A DNA stretch of 60,360 bases from Octopus bimaculoides (GCF_001194135.2 NC_068986.1:116339375-116399734), one strand, 5' to 3'; positions 10,801-24,213 are shown, counted from the first letter of the stretch. Notes: a model not told the origin generated them from the letters alone. Made by a program: numbers and translations.

Positions 10801-12856
10801 TGTTGCTCCTTAATATATATATATTTATATAAAACTGACTCTATAGCAGCATGGAAACAATTTTGTGACAAGACTGATTTCCAGACAACATCCGTTTCAA
10901 TACGAGGTTCGATTTAATCGATTGCTCCTCTCGTCACAAATTTTTGACCTTGTTATACTGTTTCTATAGTAACTGCTGTTCTTGTTGATTTTGTTTAACT
11001 GTCAGATTAATCCTGACTTAACAGGCCAATAGTCAAAGGTAGGACCATCTAGCAGTGACCATCCTAATTTTTTTTTGGTATAAGTATATCTAGGACTACA
11101 TTATCCGATGTGTGCTTCACTTTTTCAGGCGGTATGCTGTGATTTTTGGCAGCTGTGAGATTGTTGTTGTTGTTGTCGGAAACATTCACAATGTTTCTTG
11201 TTGTGAAACTGGCATTTCTGGTGTTCTAACCCCTACCCGTGCACCTCTCCCCCCTCTCTCTCTCCGGACACACAGACAAATACACACAAACTCACATACA
11301 GACGATAGATGCGCAACCACATGTGAAACATACAGATACACGTTAAGACACAAACAATTCCATGCAAATATACACAACACAAACACAAACACATACACAC
11401 GCAAACCTACACACGCACAAATGCTTTTACGCATTCACACAAATACACGTAAAAATACACGAACGCACAAACTCACAGGCATTCATTAATACACACAAAC
11501 AAGAATATACACAAGCTCATACACACATCTTGTCACATATAAACACTCTCTCATGGACAAATATACGCATACAACCCCCCCCCCTCTCTCTCTCTCGAAC
11601 GTAGACAGAAACATATACAAACACTGTCATTTACATCGACTACAGGTGTGTGTGCGCGCGCGCAACGACCGCATACGCGCGCGCGCGCACACACACACGA
11701 GTATATTCCTTCGCACACGGAGAACACAGAATACGCGCAGACGTGAACTACTAGAAATAACAAAGGATATATTGGATAATGTAGTTTTTTTTAGATAATC
11801 TCTTGAATGACGGGATGGTCACGGTTGGAATGCTTTTCATCATAAGTACTGGCTGTTTGTTGGTGCAGCTCTTTGACCCTCTAGCTGTCTCATCTTGGAT
11901 TGACCTGGGGTTAAACAACAACTAATACACACATACATAGAGACATGTACACATACACACGTTTAGAGATATAGATCACACCCATACACAAACGCTACAT
12001 ACACAGACACACACGCACATACACATACATACGCATGCTGAAGAAGACACGCACAAACACATTGATACACAAACAGACGGAAAGAGAGAGGTGTTGAGAA
12101 AGGGGAGGTGTGTGTGAAATGTAAGGGGAAGAGAAGGTTGGCGGGATGAGGTGAGTGAAGGAGAGTGAGAGTGTGTTAGGAGGTTGGGGGTGGGTTGAGA
12201 GAGAGAGTGAGGGGGAATACTTGCTGAAAGTGATAGAAGAAATATACGGGTAGGGGTGGGGGCGGGACGTTGAGACTATCGAAATAAAACACCTGTGTTT
12301 TTGTGTTTAGNNNNNNNNNNNNNNNNNNNNNNNNNNNNNNNNNNNNNNNNNNNNNNNNNNNNNNNNNNNNNNNNNNNNNNNNNNNNNNNNNNNNNNNNNN
12401 NNNNNNNNNNNNNNNNNNNNNNNNNNNNNNNNNNNNNNNNNNNNNNNNNNNNNNNNNNNNNNNNNNNNNNNNNNNNNNNNNNNNNNNNNNNNNNNNNNNN
12501 NNNNNNNNNNNNNNNNNNNNNNNNNNNNNNNNNNNNNNNNNNNNNNNNNNNNNNNNNNNNNNNNNNNNNNNNNNNNNNNNNNNNNNNNNNNNNNNNNNNN
12601 NNNNNNNNNNNNNNNNNNNNNNNNNNNNNNNNNNNNNNNNNNNNNNNNNNNNNNNNNNNNNNNNNNNNNNNNNNNNNNNNNNNNNNNNNNNNNNNNNNNN
12701 NNNNNNNNNNNNNNNNNNNNNNNNNNNNNNNNNATACCCCCTCCCCACTCCCATTCACACACCCATATCCACCCCTATCACAACCAATCCAACCAACCCA
12801 TATCTTACCTGTATACATGCGCACGCCTGATACACTCTGCCCACTGCAAATATCAT

Positions 12857-12902
<46 letters not shown>

Positions 12903-13054
12903 CGCATATGTTGGTGTGTACTGCACACGTGTTTCTATGTATGATTGTAAGTTTGTATGTGTGTGTGTGTGTGCACATGCATATGTATATCCATGTGTGT
13001 GTTTATATGTGTGTGTGTGTATGTGTGTCGATAGATATCTTCCGATCAGTGTCA

Positions 13055-13188
13055 GATGTGAGCATGATGACCAGATGGATAAGGAGGTCGTCTCGCAACC
13101 CTTGGGTCCTGCGTTCGATCCACTTATGCGAGCTGATTCAATCGTGAGCGAAATTTTTCTCGTAGACGGTAATTGAAAAAAGGCCGTC

Positions 13189-13228
<40 letters not shown>

Positions 13229-13391
13229 CTTTGCATCTATGCTTGTCTTCCATCACCATTTGGTAATCGTTGTTGGTGTATTTACGTCTTCATAATTTAA
13301 CAGTTCGGTAGAAAAAAGTTTGATTACTTCAATTTAAAATTCTTTAAAGCAGTGCTCCAGCGTGACCACAGTCAAATGACTGAAACAAAAG
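13055..13391 (+). mobile_element. SINE family A, diverged
   Basis: tRNA-like head, gtagacgg..ttgaaa..gccgtcgtata, internal (TG)n, tail gtgctccagc...gtcaaatgactgaaacaaaaga. Confidence 0.65.
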
Positions 13392-13420
13392 ATGTATGTA
13401 TGTATGTATGTATGTATGTG

Positions 13421-13911
13421 ATTATTCAGCTTATTTCAAGATTTCTTGCCAATAGAGAAAGAACTGGTTTCTATCCTAGATCTAAGTTTCAATCATTGGA
13501 ATTTCAACATCAACAACAAGGTATTTTTGCTTGTATGTATGTGTGTATGTATGTACGTATGTATGTACGTATGCATTTATGTATGTGCAGATTTGTATGT
13601 TTTATGTATGTATTCTTATGCACATAGTTGCATATCTAGACATGCTCACATGAATTTCTATGATAAACTTTTGGAAAGTTTTACAGATATTTACAGTTCC
13701 AGTGATAGATTGGATCTGTAGTATTCAAACCAACTTTCTCCTTTCTTGTTTTGAGGATCCTAATTTCTCAAGATTAGTATTTAGGCGTTGTGTTACATAT
13801 CCCAGGACCCCAATAATTACAGGTATAAACCTGAACGTGTAATCTGGAGAGAGTAACTGCAGATTTCTCATTAGTTCCACATAGGTGTTCTCTTTTTCAC
13901 TGATCTTCAGC
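13421..13911 (-). mobile_element. Second REL-endonuclease LINE family (R4-like), C-terminus plus 3' UTR
   Basis: Translation LKISEKENTYVELMRNLQLLSPDYTFRFIPVIIGVLGYVTQRLNTNLEKLG...LV*ILQIQSITGTVNICKTFQKF fits a REL C-terminus. Flanked on both sides by (TATG)n. Confidence 0.75.
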
Positions 13912-14300
13912 TATGTATGTACGTATGTATGGATGTATGTATGTATGTATGTATGTATGTATGTATGTATGTACGTATGTATGTATGTATGTATGTATGT
14001 ATGTATGTATGTATAAGTATGTCTATTACACATAATTTACCTGATGGAATAACTGGAACATTCCTCGTTGAAATCAACGGAGGACCATTGATTTGTGTGA
14101 GCTAGCATTGGTGCTTTTACAACGTTTACTTGACCTGCTAGAAATAGCGGTCAAATCCTTTCGTTCACCCCACCACATCTTTCAGAAAAGATGGAGAACA
14201 CTGGATATTGTAGTCCGTGTTGGACTTTCTGGGAAGACAAATAGTGATGGTCGAATGAAATGTCTTCTTGACCAGGACTGGACTGACCTGGGGTTTATTT

Positions 14301-14350
<50 letters not shown>

Positions 14351-14600
14351 CGGCGCTGGATTAACCATTAAGCAAAATAGGCGCGTGTTTAGAACATCAA
14401 AGGAAGGGGACAACCACAAAAATGGTAAATGGTTTATGGTACAAGAAGAATCATTTCGAACATGCTGACATAATATTTGAAGCGATTTATGTGATCGGAA
14501 ATATAATGTGCAAGTGTTTATTCGTGGCAGCATAGTGAAGATCTGATCAAAGACTTTGCAATTGAAAAAAAGAGTGGAGAACACTTTTCAAAATATCGCT

Positions 14601-14952
14601 GCACTCCGTCGGTTGCGACGACGAGGGTTCCAGTTGATCCGATCAACGGAACAGCCTGCTCGTGAAATTAACGTGCCAGTGATTGAGTACTCCACACACA
14701 TGTGTACCCTTAACGTAGTTCTCGAGGGAGATTCAGCGTGACACAGAGTGTGACAAGGCTGGCCCTTTGAATTACAGGTACAACAGAAACAGAAAAATAG
14801 AGTGAGAGAAAGTTGTGGTGAAAGAGTACAGCAGGGCTCGCTACCACCCCCTGCCGGAGCCTCGTGGAACTCACAACGCTCGGTCTGGGATACGAAACCG
14901 CGATCCTACGATCGCGAGTCCGCTGCCCTAACCACAGGGCCATTGCACCTCC
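14601..14952 (-). mobile_element. SINE family C (tRNA head, hairpin central domain, gttccagttgatccgatcaacggaac tail)
   Basis: Near-identical to 57761-58129. Confidence 0.85.
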
Positions 14953-15138
14953 ACACGTTTCAAGTATAAATAAGGAGGAAGTATGAAAAAAATAAACCTT
15001 ATTTGTCATCTTGCTGTTTTGTTTCATTTTCAAAAATAAGAAAATATTGTTTATATTTTGAAGTACACATATAGAGAGTGGGGACTAAAATCTTTAAGTG
15101 GTTAGGGCTTCTGTGGGTCTGAATCTGGCCCTAATCTA

Positions 15139-15174
<36 letters not shown>

Positions 15175-15187
15175 CACACACACATAA

Positions 15188-15228
<41 letters not shown>

Positions 15229-15261
15229 AACAAACATATATATGTATAATATGTTTGTGTG

Positions 15262-15337
<76 letters not shown>

Positions 15338-15561
15338 TAGTTATCACCGAGCCAACATGGCAGTCCAAAAAATAGGACGAATGCTTCCGCTGATTAGCTC
15401 CAAGAGGCCATCGCCCCTAGCTAGCTACGTGACACACGAACCTGTGTCCATTATAACCTTCGAACAGGGGAGCTCAGCCGCTTACCCTTGCTGGTCTGGC
15501 ATTTACCTGCTAAGTACCTCGGACATTGTTGATTTTCTTTGAAGCATTTTTTGCTGAGTGA

Positions 15562-15960
15562 CTTAACATATATATTTATAACAATGTGCTAGAGCACAAC
15601 GGGCAAATGTTTTCGATAACCCTGGGTCTACCAATGCATTGAGAGTGAATTTTGTAGATGGAAATTGAAAGAAGCCCTTCGTGTATATAAATGTGTGTGT
15701 GTGTGTATGTGTTTCTACATACATATATGCACACACACACACACACACACGCATATATATTATTATGTGTGTGTATGTGTGTTTGTTCTCCCACGTTTTG
15801 ACAACCGTTGTTAGTTTCTTTATGTCTCTGTAATGTAGTGGTTCGGCAAAATAAACCGATGGAATAAGTAACGGAGAGATCGGTCGATTTGTTTGATTAA
15901 ATCCTTCGAGGCGATGCTCCAGCTTAGCCGCAGTCCAATGACTGAAAGTATTAAAAGCTG
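15562..15960 (+). mobile_element. SINE family A, diverged head
   Basis: gtagatggaaattgaaagaagccc, internal microsatellite, family tail. Confidence 0.65.
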
Positions 15961-16194
15961 AAAGTAAAGTAAGGAGAAAATTTGGGTATCATCTCTTAGA
16001 ATTCTCGAATCTTCTCTAATGTCGTCGAGTTTAAACATTTCGCGAATTAGACAAACATGTTTCGTCCTTTTTTTATATTAGGACGAAGTCAATTTGCTTT
16101 CAGCCAAGCTGTGCTTGATACCCTGCCTCTGTTCTTCCATTATATTAATCCATCGCATTGAGGACGGAGCACCAGCAGAATTGTCACTGCTCCG

Positions 16195-16382
16195 GACGAA
16201 AAGCTTAGTAGCATTTCTTCCGGCTCTTCACACTTTGAGTTAAAATGCTGTCATGGTCAACTTTGCCTTTCATCCTTTCGGAGTTAATAAAATGAGTATC
16301 AGTTAAGTATTAGGATCAATGAAATCGACTTGCCCCTTCCCTCAAAATAGCTGGTCTTGAACCAAAATTAGAATTATTTCAT

Positions 16383-16385
<3 letters not shown>
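16195..16385 (+). mobile_element. SINE family B
   Basis: ggtcaactttgcctttcatcctttcggag motif and tail. Confidence 0.7.
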
Positions 16386-16431
<46 letters not shown>

Positions 16432-16987
16432 TTGTGTGTCATCCAATCAGATCACTGCTCTCTCTACATATCTCTTACTACCGTAGCTGTACAGTATAGC
16501 CGTACTCAGTGAGGTTGACTCGCCACATTCTTTGGTCTCGTCTTAAACCATCTCTTGTTTAATGTCTTTCTTCTTCGCTCATCTTTTGCATGAATCGTTT
16601 CGTTGTTTCTCTTTTTGCTTCAACTGTTATATTTCGTTTCATTGTAAATGTTGTACAAATGTAAAGCGAATATATGATGCGTGAAATGCAATTGAAATAC
16701 AACAAACGTCACACCACTGCTGTTTGGAACAGAGAATCAAATTGCTGTAGTTACTGGGGACGGCCGGCCATCAGCTGCTATCATTTCTTTAAAACTTAGT
16801 GACAATATAATATTCACGGCGCATTTGGCTATTTTATGAAATATCAAAGTTGTAATCATTAAAACAGTTGGGGCTTTCAGAAAAAAAAATGTGTTTATAT
16901 GAGAGTTTTTGAAAGTTTGACACATAACTTATCATTACCGTAAATGGAAAAGAAGACAGACTTCACTTCGGATGCAAAACAAGCCAG

Positions 16988-17039
<52 letters not shown>

Positions 17040-17223
17040 GTCTGCCTGCCTGTCTGTCTGTCTGTCTGTTTGGCTTAACAAATATATTTATAACATTGAG
17101 CTAGAGCGCAACGGGCAAATGTTTTCGATAACCCTGGGTCTACCAATGCATTGAGAGTGAATTTGGTAGATGAAAATTGAAAGAAGCCCTTCGTGTATAT
17201 AAATATGTGTGTGTGCGTGTGTT

Positions 17224-17274
<51 letters not shown>

Positions 17275-18214
17275 TCATAACAACTTTCCTCCCTGTTGGT
17301 GACGACTATCAGCAACGGAAATAAATCACTTCCGGATTGTCTGATTGATATTTGAACTCTGCCACCGCCTACATCAATACCAACAAACCAACGCCTCATC
17401 ACAATCACAATCAACCCCATGGCCACCACAACCAATCATTTAACAGGTCATTCCTACTACATTGCAGCCTACATGAGGTCTTCCTTATAAACCACACCCA
17501 AGCAACATGCCCTCGCCAGCACCAATACACCCGGCTTTCACGCATACACAACATACATACATACATACATACAAGTGCATTCATACATTTATACTTACAA
17601 GCGCATACATAGCAACATTCATACATATACATGTACACACACACAGACACCCACAGACACATATACATACACACATACATACATACATGAAAATATGCAA
17701 AATGGAACCTTGTTTCTTTGATGGAATCCGGTTCCCTCAGTGCAAGATTTATAATAATTCAGAAATAGAAGACACACACACACACACACATACATGCATA
17801 CATGCATGCATACATATATTACATATATACACACATACGGGTGCATACGTACATTCATAAATACATTCATACATGCATATATGTACATACATTTATACAC
17901 ATAACATGCACCACCACATTGGCCTTCGGCCGCACAAAGCATACTCCTACCACAACGATATACAACACCACATGGCTTCACTATAAATACACAACACCAC
18001 ATGGCCTCACTATAAATCATACATGACCTCCCACCACCACCACCACCACCATATGACGTATTATGGCTACCCTGCTACACATACCGTATTTTACACACCG
18101 TGTTTGAATGTGCATTTCAGGGCATTACACCGAGTACATGTATTCACAACCACGCTACACCAACACACATGTTCACACAGCAACATTAAACGATCAGGCA
18201 ACATGCATTTAACT

Positions 18215-18535
18215 GGCACTTCGTCGGTTACGACGATAAATGTTCCAGTAGATCTGATCAACGGAACAGCCTGCTCGTGAAATGAACGTACAAGTGGCTG
18301 AGCACTCCACAGACACGCCTTCCCTTAATGTAGTCCTCAGGGGGATTCAGCACGACACAGGAAGTGACAAGGATGGCCCCTTTCGAATTACAGGTCCTAC
18401 TCATGTTTTCCAGTTAAGTTGACTAGGATAACTTGAAATAAATGTCTTTCTCAAGGATACAGCGCACCGCTAGAAATCGAATTCATGACCTCACGATCGA
18501 AAGCCGAAAGCCCCATCCACGAAGCTAGGCACTTT
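18215..18535 (-). mobile_element. SINE family C variant with CORE-like centre
   Basis: Shares the family C 3' tail; centre reads tccttgagaaagacatttatttc on the minus strand. Confidence 0.7.
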
Positions 18536-18829
18536 CACATGTGTTTACTATCACACTAATCACCGACCCCACATGTTCTCTCTACCGCACAACATGTTCA
18601 CACTATAACGCTCCACCTAACACACCACACGAACAAATAAGGGTACCTTTATGCGATCTTCAACCTGCTAGAAATAATTGCTAAATACCCCTTTATAACA
18701 CCGTATAGCATATCCTAGATATGCTATAACTAAATATAAGATGGGATGGTCATGGCTGCGATTCTTTCAATGATTGTTCGATACGGCTGACACGGCACTA
18801 ACTAACAGCAACAGCTCTAAGCTCTAAAC

Positions 18830-19100
18830 CATAGGTTCTCAAAGGGGGCGCTACCGCCTCCGGTGGGCATTGAGAGGGTTCAGGTGGGTGCTGGTGTCTA
18901 AGGGGTGGTAGAGAAAAAAGGAGGCATAGGGAGGAAGGCAGTGAACTGGGGGACGGTATGAGTTTATAATATTACACCAACTTAGAGTGCAGGCGTGGCT
19001 GTGTGGTAAGTAGCTTGCTTCCCAACTACATGGTTCCGGGTTCAGTCCCACTGCGTGGCACCTTGGGCACGTGTCTTCAGAAACTGAAAGAAGCTCGTCG

Positions 19101-19145
<45 letters not shown>

Positions 19146-19497
19146 ATGCGTCTGTGTTTGTCCCCACACCATCGCTTGACAACCGATGCTGGTGTGTTCA
19201 CATCCCCGTAACTTATCGGTTCGGCAAAGGAGACCGTTAGAATAAGTACTAGAATTCCAAAGAATTAGTTCTGGGGTTGATATGTTCGACCAAAGGCGGT
19301 GCTCCAGCATGGCCGCAGTCGTATGACTAAAACAAATAACAGAATACAAGAATAAGAATATTGTATACAAATTAGTTAATATTATTAATTAAATATCAAA
19401 TGATTCATAGTATATATAAATGAGCAAAATAGAAAATATTTATTTATACATAAAAGTAGGGGTGGGGGCGCTGAGGGTAAAAGTTTGAGAACCTCTG
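18830..19497. mobile_element. Non-autonomous hAT (Charlie-like) element with a nested SINE A
   Basis: TIRs CATAGGTTCTCAAA / TTTGAGAACCTCTG; 8-bp TSD CTCTAAAC (18822) and CGCTAAAC (19498). Confidence 0.7.
18985..19350 (+). mobile_element. SINE family A, near full length
   Basis: ggcgtggctgtgtggtaagtagcttgcttcccaac...cttgggcacgtgtctt...(TA)(TG)n...ggcggtgctccagcatggccgcagtc. Confidence 0.85.
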
Positions 19498-19927
19498 CGC
19501 TAAACAATAAAAAGTTCTTTATGAAATCAGCCGCCATTTTGTAAAACGTTCGAAAGCCTTTTGCGGGTTGTGTCCTTGTTTCTCAGTTACTCTTATATAC
19601 TTTTACTGGTTCTAGCCAGTTGGCTGTGGCCATGATGCAGCGACACCTCCATCACACTACATTAGTTCCCATATTATTTGATTAAATTATCCCATACCTT
19701 CAGATTCCATTGTTAAACAGGAAACTAAAAGGAAAGTGTCATGAATTATAAAAACTACTTCAGCTGTTGACTCCTGTTTAATAAATCACACACTATTGCT
19801 TTGAAGAATACACATCTGCAAACTTTACTCTAAGGTACACTATGCTCGAATAAAAGAGGGGATGGTCATGGCTGGACTATCTTGAGCATCTGTCCGTGGT
19901 AAACAACTACAACGACTACCAATATCA

Positions 19928-20020
<93 letters not shown>

Positions 20021-20193
20021 CACTACTACTAGTAGTAGTAGTGTGTGGGTGTTGCTGCTGTGATAGTCAACTCTAACATTTCACATAAGAAGACACGGTG
20101 TTCCTGTTGAAACCAAATTGCTGCAATGTCCGAGTAAAAGACATTCATCACAGTTTAATTGGGAGGATGTCTTATCTATTGATGGCCTCTCTT

Positions 20194-20249
<56 letters not shown>

Positions 20250-20454
20250 TCTGCTATATTACACGCACACACACATACACACTCGCATGCACACGCACAT
20301 GCACGCACACACACAGACACATATATACACACACACTTAAACACAGATCCTGTGAGTATGTGAGTGTGTTCAAGTGTATGTGTATGTGTGTGTATATATG
20401 TATGTGTGCGTGTATATATGAGTGTGTATATTTGTATGTGTATATATGTGTGTG

Positions 20455-20485
<31 letters not shown>

Positions 20486-20636
20486 GTATATATATGTGTG
20501 TGCATATATATATATGTGTATTTATATATCTGTATATATATGTATGTATATATGTGTATCTATATATGTGTAAATATATGCATATATATATGTGTGTATA
20601 TAATATATGTGTATCTCTATATATATATACACACAT

Positions 20637-20724
<88 letters not shown>

Positions 20725-20885
20725 NNNNNNNNNNNNNNNNNNNNNNNNNNNNNNNNNNNNNNNNNNNNNNNNNNNNNNNNNNNNNNNNNNNNNNNNNNNN
20801 NNNNNNNNNNNNNNNNNNNNNNNNNNNNNNNNNNNNNNNNNNNNNNNNNNNNNNNNNNNNNNNNNNNNNNNNNNNNNNNNNNNNN

Positions 20886-20938
<53 letters not shown>

Positions 20939-21304
20939 ATATCTATACATACACACTGCGTGTATAGAGAGAAGGAGGAATGAGGTGGTAAAGTGAGGAC
21001 ACAAAGGTGAGGGAAGAGGAGACAGTGAAAGAGAGAGGCGGATAGAAGACTGTGGGAAGAGAAAGACAGATATGAGAATGAGGACCACCAGGTCTCACGT
21101 GATTCACTAATTTGTAAAAATCTAATTAACTAACAGCACACTCCAGACTAGTTTGACATCACTCACCATATTACTCTATCATCTGTACACTTGTGTGCAT
21201 GTATATCTATGTATCTACATATATGTATGTATGTGTTTGTGTGTATGAATGTATGTATGCACTTATTTGTGTGTGTATATATGATTGTTTGACTGTATGT
21301 ACGC

Positions 21305-21560
21305 ATGAAGGTTATTTAGTTTTCTTTCTTGCCAATGGAGGAGGAGCCGGTTTCTAACCTAGATTCAAGGTCTCTTCATTGAAATTCCGACGTCAACTGG
21401 GCCGTTGTGCATGTATGTGTATATATGCAAGTATCTAGAACCAGTGCATGTGCAGATCTGTATGTTTCATTTATGCATTTTCATACATATAGTTGCACGT
21501 CACCTCATGTGCATTTGTACTTAAATGCTAAACTTTTGGATAATAAACATATTTCCACAG
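21305..21560 (-). mobile_element. Diverged 3' UTR copy of the LINE at 13421-13911
   Basis: Shared ttcttgccaat, ggtttcta.cctagat, tgtgcagat.tgtatgttt and tagttgca motifs. Confidence 0.55.
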
Positions 21561-21734
21561 TATAGCTATACACCCATACATACATACAGACACATCCACA
21601 CGCATTCCTGGGGTTACGATTCACAGGAATATAGGCCACTTAAAATAGAGAACTGAAAATGGGAAACCATTGAATGTCATTTTGTTAAAGTCAATAAACC
21701 AAATATTTCTTTTGTTGCTCGCGGCGTTGTTAAG

Positions 21735-21875
21735 AAACTCGTTTTGCAACCACCTGGTTTCGGGTTCGGTGCCGATGCGTGCTATTTAGTACAGCCTTGG
21801 ACCGACCAATGCCTCGTGAGGGAATTTGGTAGACGGAAACTGAGTGGAAGCTCGCCACGCACGCACGCATGTATG

Positions 21876-21920
<45 letters not shown>

Positions 21921-22025
21921 TTCTGTGTTTATCCCTCCACCACTTGACAACCTGTGTTTGTTTATGTCCCATAACCTAAAATCCTTCAAGCCAGTGCCCC
22001 AGCATGACCGCAATCCCTTCTTTTC
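21735..22025 (+). mobile_element. SINE family A
   Basis: gaccaatgcc..gtgagggaatttggtagacggaaactga, internal (TG)n. Confidence 0.7.
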
Positions 22026-22069
22026 CGAAGCCCATTGGATCGGAAGTCATTTCGATTTCACTAGTGTTT

Positions 22070-22260
22070 TAGTGCGACGAAAAATACAAGACGTCCTCTG
22101 AACTGGACGCCTGTCTGTTACAAGGCTGACCTACCAACTGCTGGTCAGTTGACTGAAGCCACATGAAATGGACTTCCCTGCTCAAGGACGACACTACATG
22201 CTGTCCGATCCGAGAATCGTTCCCGGGACCAAGTCGTCGTGGGTTCAATACCCATTCCAC
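22070..22260 (-). mobile_element. Decayed CORE/V-like SINE fragment
   Basis: aactggacgcc...tgaaatg...tgctcaaggac...ccgagaatcg, the reverse of the gtccttgagcaagacac domain. Confidence 0.5.
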
Positions 22261-23879
22261 TATCTGTCTTCACACACACACTGTGAGTATTTGTATGTAC
22301 AGGAGTCCACTGCATTATTGAAAGGCTGCGGTCTTGAAAGCTTGCCGTAACGTGAAATTCTGTAACACGATACTTACACATTGACTTCCATGTTATAAAT
22401 TGTTTCTAAATTAAACACAAGGCCAAGTTTGAAGGAAGGAGTTTCTTCAATACCATCAGCCACATTTCTTGACTGGAATTTTATTCTATCGAAACGAGGA
22501 AGAGCAAAGTTCACCTCGGTGAGATTTGAACTCAGAATGTAAAACATCCGGAATGAATACCGCAAGGCACTCTATTTCGTTGCTTTAATTATTCTGTTGC
22601 TTTAGATCCCTATTTAGACCCTTGCAGTGTGTAGATAAGGCACATTGAAAGGAACCTACCTTTGGGAAGGAAAGAGAATCATATTGTGGTACGTATTCAC
22701 CACAAAAGATATTAAATACTGTGTGATAAGAGGTGATGCAACAGAAGGGAGGGGGAGGGGGAATGTTATCTTCTGTCTTGTCCCGTAGGTCGTTTTCCTC
22801 CTCAACTTCCTCATCATCCTCATCATTTTCATCTTGTGTTTCAACGGTGAACAGCTTATCCAAACGTGTTTAAGGTTCACGGCGCATTATTTTTGGTACA
22901 ACACTGTAGGAACTGAGCTCTGCGATTGCTAAAGAGGAAGAAAGATAACTAAAGAAACCGATATAAAGACATTGACACAGATGGAAAGAGAAAGTGAGAG
23001 GGGAAGGAAAAAAGGGGAGGAGGAGAGAGTGAGAGATTATGCAAATATGCAGTGGCAACTAATTATATGAATGAATACATTTACCGATTTATCTACGGGT
23101 AAACACACACACACGCAGACACACACATACACAGACACACACGCACACACTCCATACACCCCTACTCTCAAATAGGCACAAACATATGTATATACATAGC
23201 TATATGTATGTACATAAGTACATATAAATACGCATATCTGTTTGTCTGTCTGTATCTATATATACCCGTCCGTTCGCATGTCAGTAGATTTAAATGTTAT
23301 GTATATACATATGTAGACAGGCCCATGTGTATGTATGTAAATATGTATATATATGTACGTACATATGTAAGTACATCTGTTTGCATGTATTTTCTGACAA
23401 ATATTTTCTTTTCAATAGAAGAAAAATAACACTAATAACAAAACCAATAAATACTATTTAATATGTTTCAATATCTGTATTTTCTCTTCTTGTGGTGGTC
23501 TTTGGCAAGTTTCGACACATCATGGTTTGTAGCAGCATCATACACACATTCCTGCATGTGCATTTGACTACATACACATTGAAATGCTTTGGTGCAGTTG
23601 TGTATGTGGGTATGTATGCGTCACATGACTTTATGAATATCAAACCAGGCTGGGCCGTGACTATGAGCTTTGAAAGTGTGGCAACACACAGCAAAAATAT
23701 ACACACGTATATGTGTGAATGTGTGTATGTATGCATCTGTCTATCTGTATAATATATTTATTTATGCATACATACATCTTATATGTATGCCTACCTGTTT
23801 GTATGTATGATGTTTGTGCATGTATGTATGGATTTGTGTATGTGTATACAACACATACACGCACACATGCACACACTCG

Positions 23880-23925
<46 letters not shown>

Positions 23926-24167
23926 GGTCTTCTTTCTCATAGAGTNNNNNNNNNNNNNNNNNNNNNNNNNNNNNNNNNNNNNNNNNNNNNNNNNNNNNNN
24001 NNNNNNNNNNNNNNNNNNNNNNNNNNNNNNNNNNNNNNNNNNNNNNNNNNNNNNNNNNNNNNNNNNNNNNNNNNNNNNNNNNNTGTTTGTATGTATGATG
24101 TTTGTGCATGTATGTATGGATTTGTGTATGTGTATACAACACATACACGCACACATGCACACACTCG

Positions 24168-24213
<46 letters not shown>

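Noticed and set aside
16569-16680. Short hydrophobic ORFs (MNRFVVSLFASTVIFRFI) as SMOC exon 1
   Set aside because: Pyrimidine-rich sequence naturally encodes hydrophobic residues, and the donors are weak (gtaaat/gtaaag).
17962-18018. 29-bp tandem duplication resembling a repeat-spacer array
   Set aside because: Only two adjacent units with no spacers; simple slippage, not CRISPR-like.
19530-19540. YY1-like GCCGCCATTTT motif
   Set aside because: Single site with no other promoter evidence; a similar match at about 9884 lies within a SINE.
22585-22900. Acidic minus ORF (DENDEDDEEVEEE) and hydrophobic plus frame (VVFLLNFLIILIIFILCF) after an AG at 22788
   Set aside because: Both come from a degenerate (TCA/TCC)n tract; there is no ATG or convincing phase-0 donor, and minus-strand frames are closed by stops.
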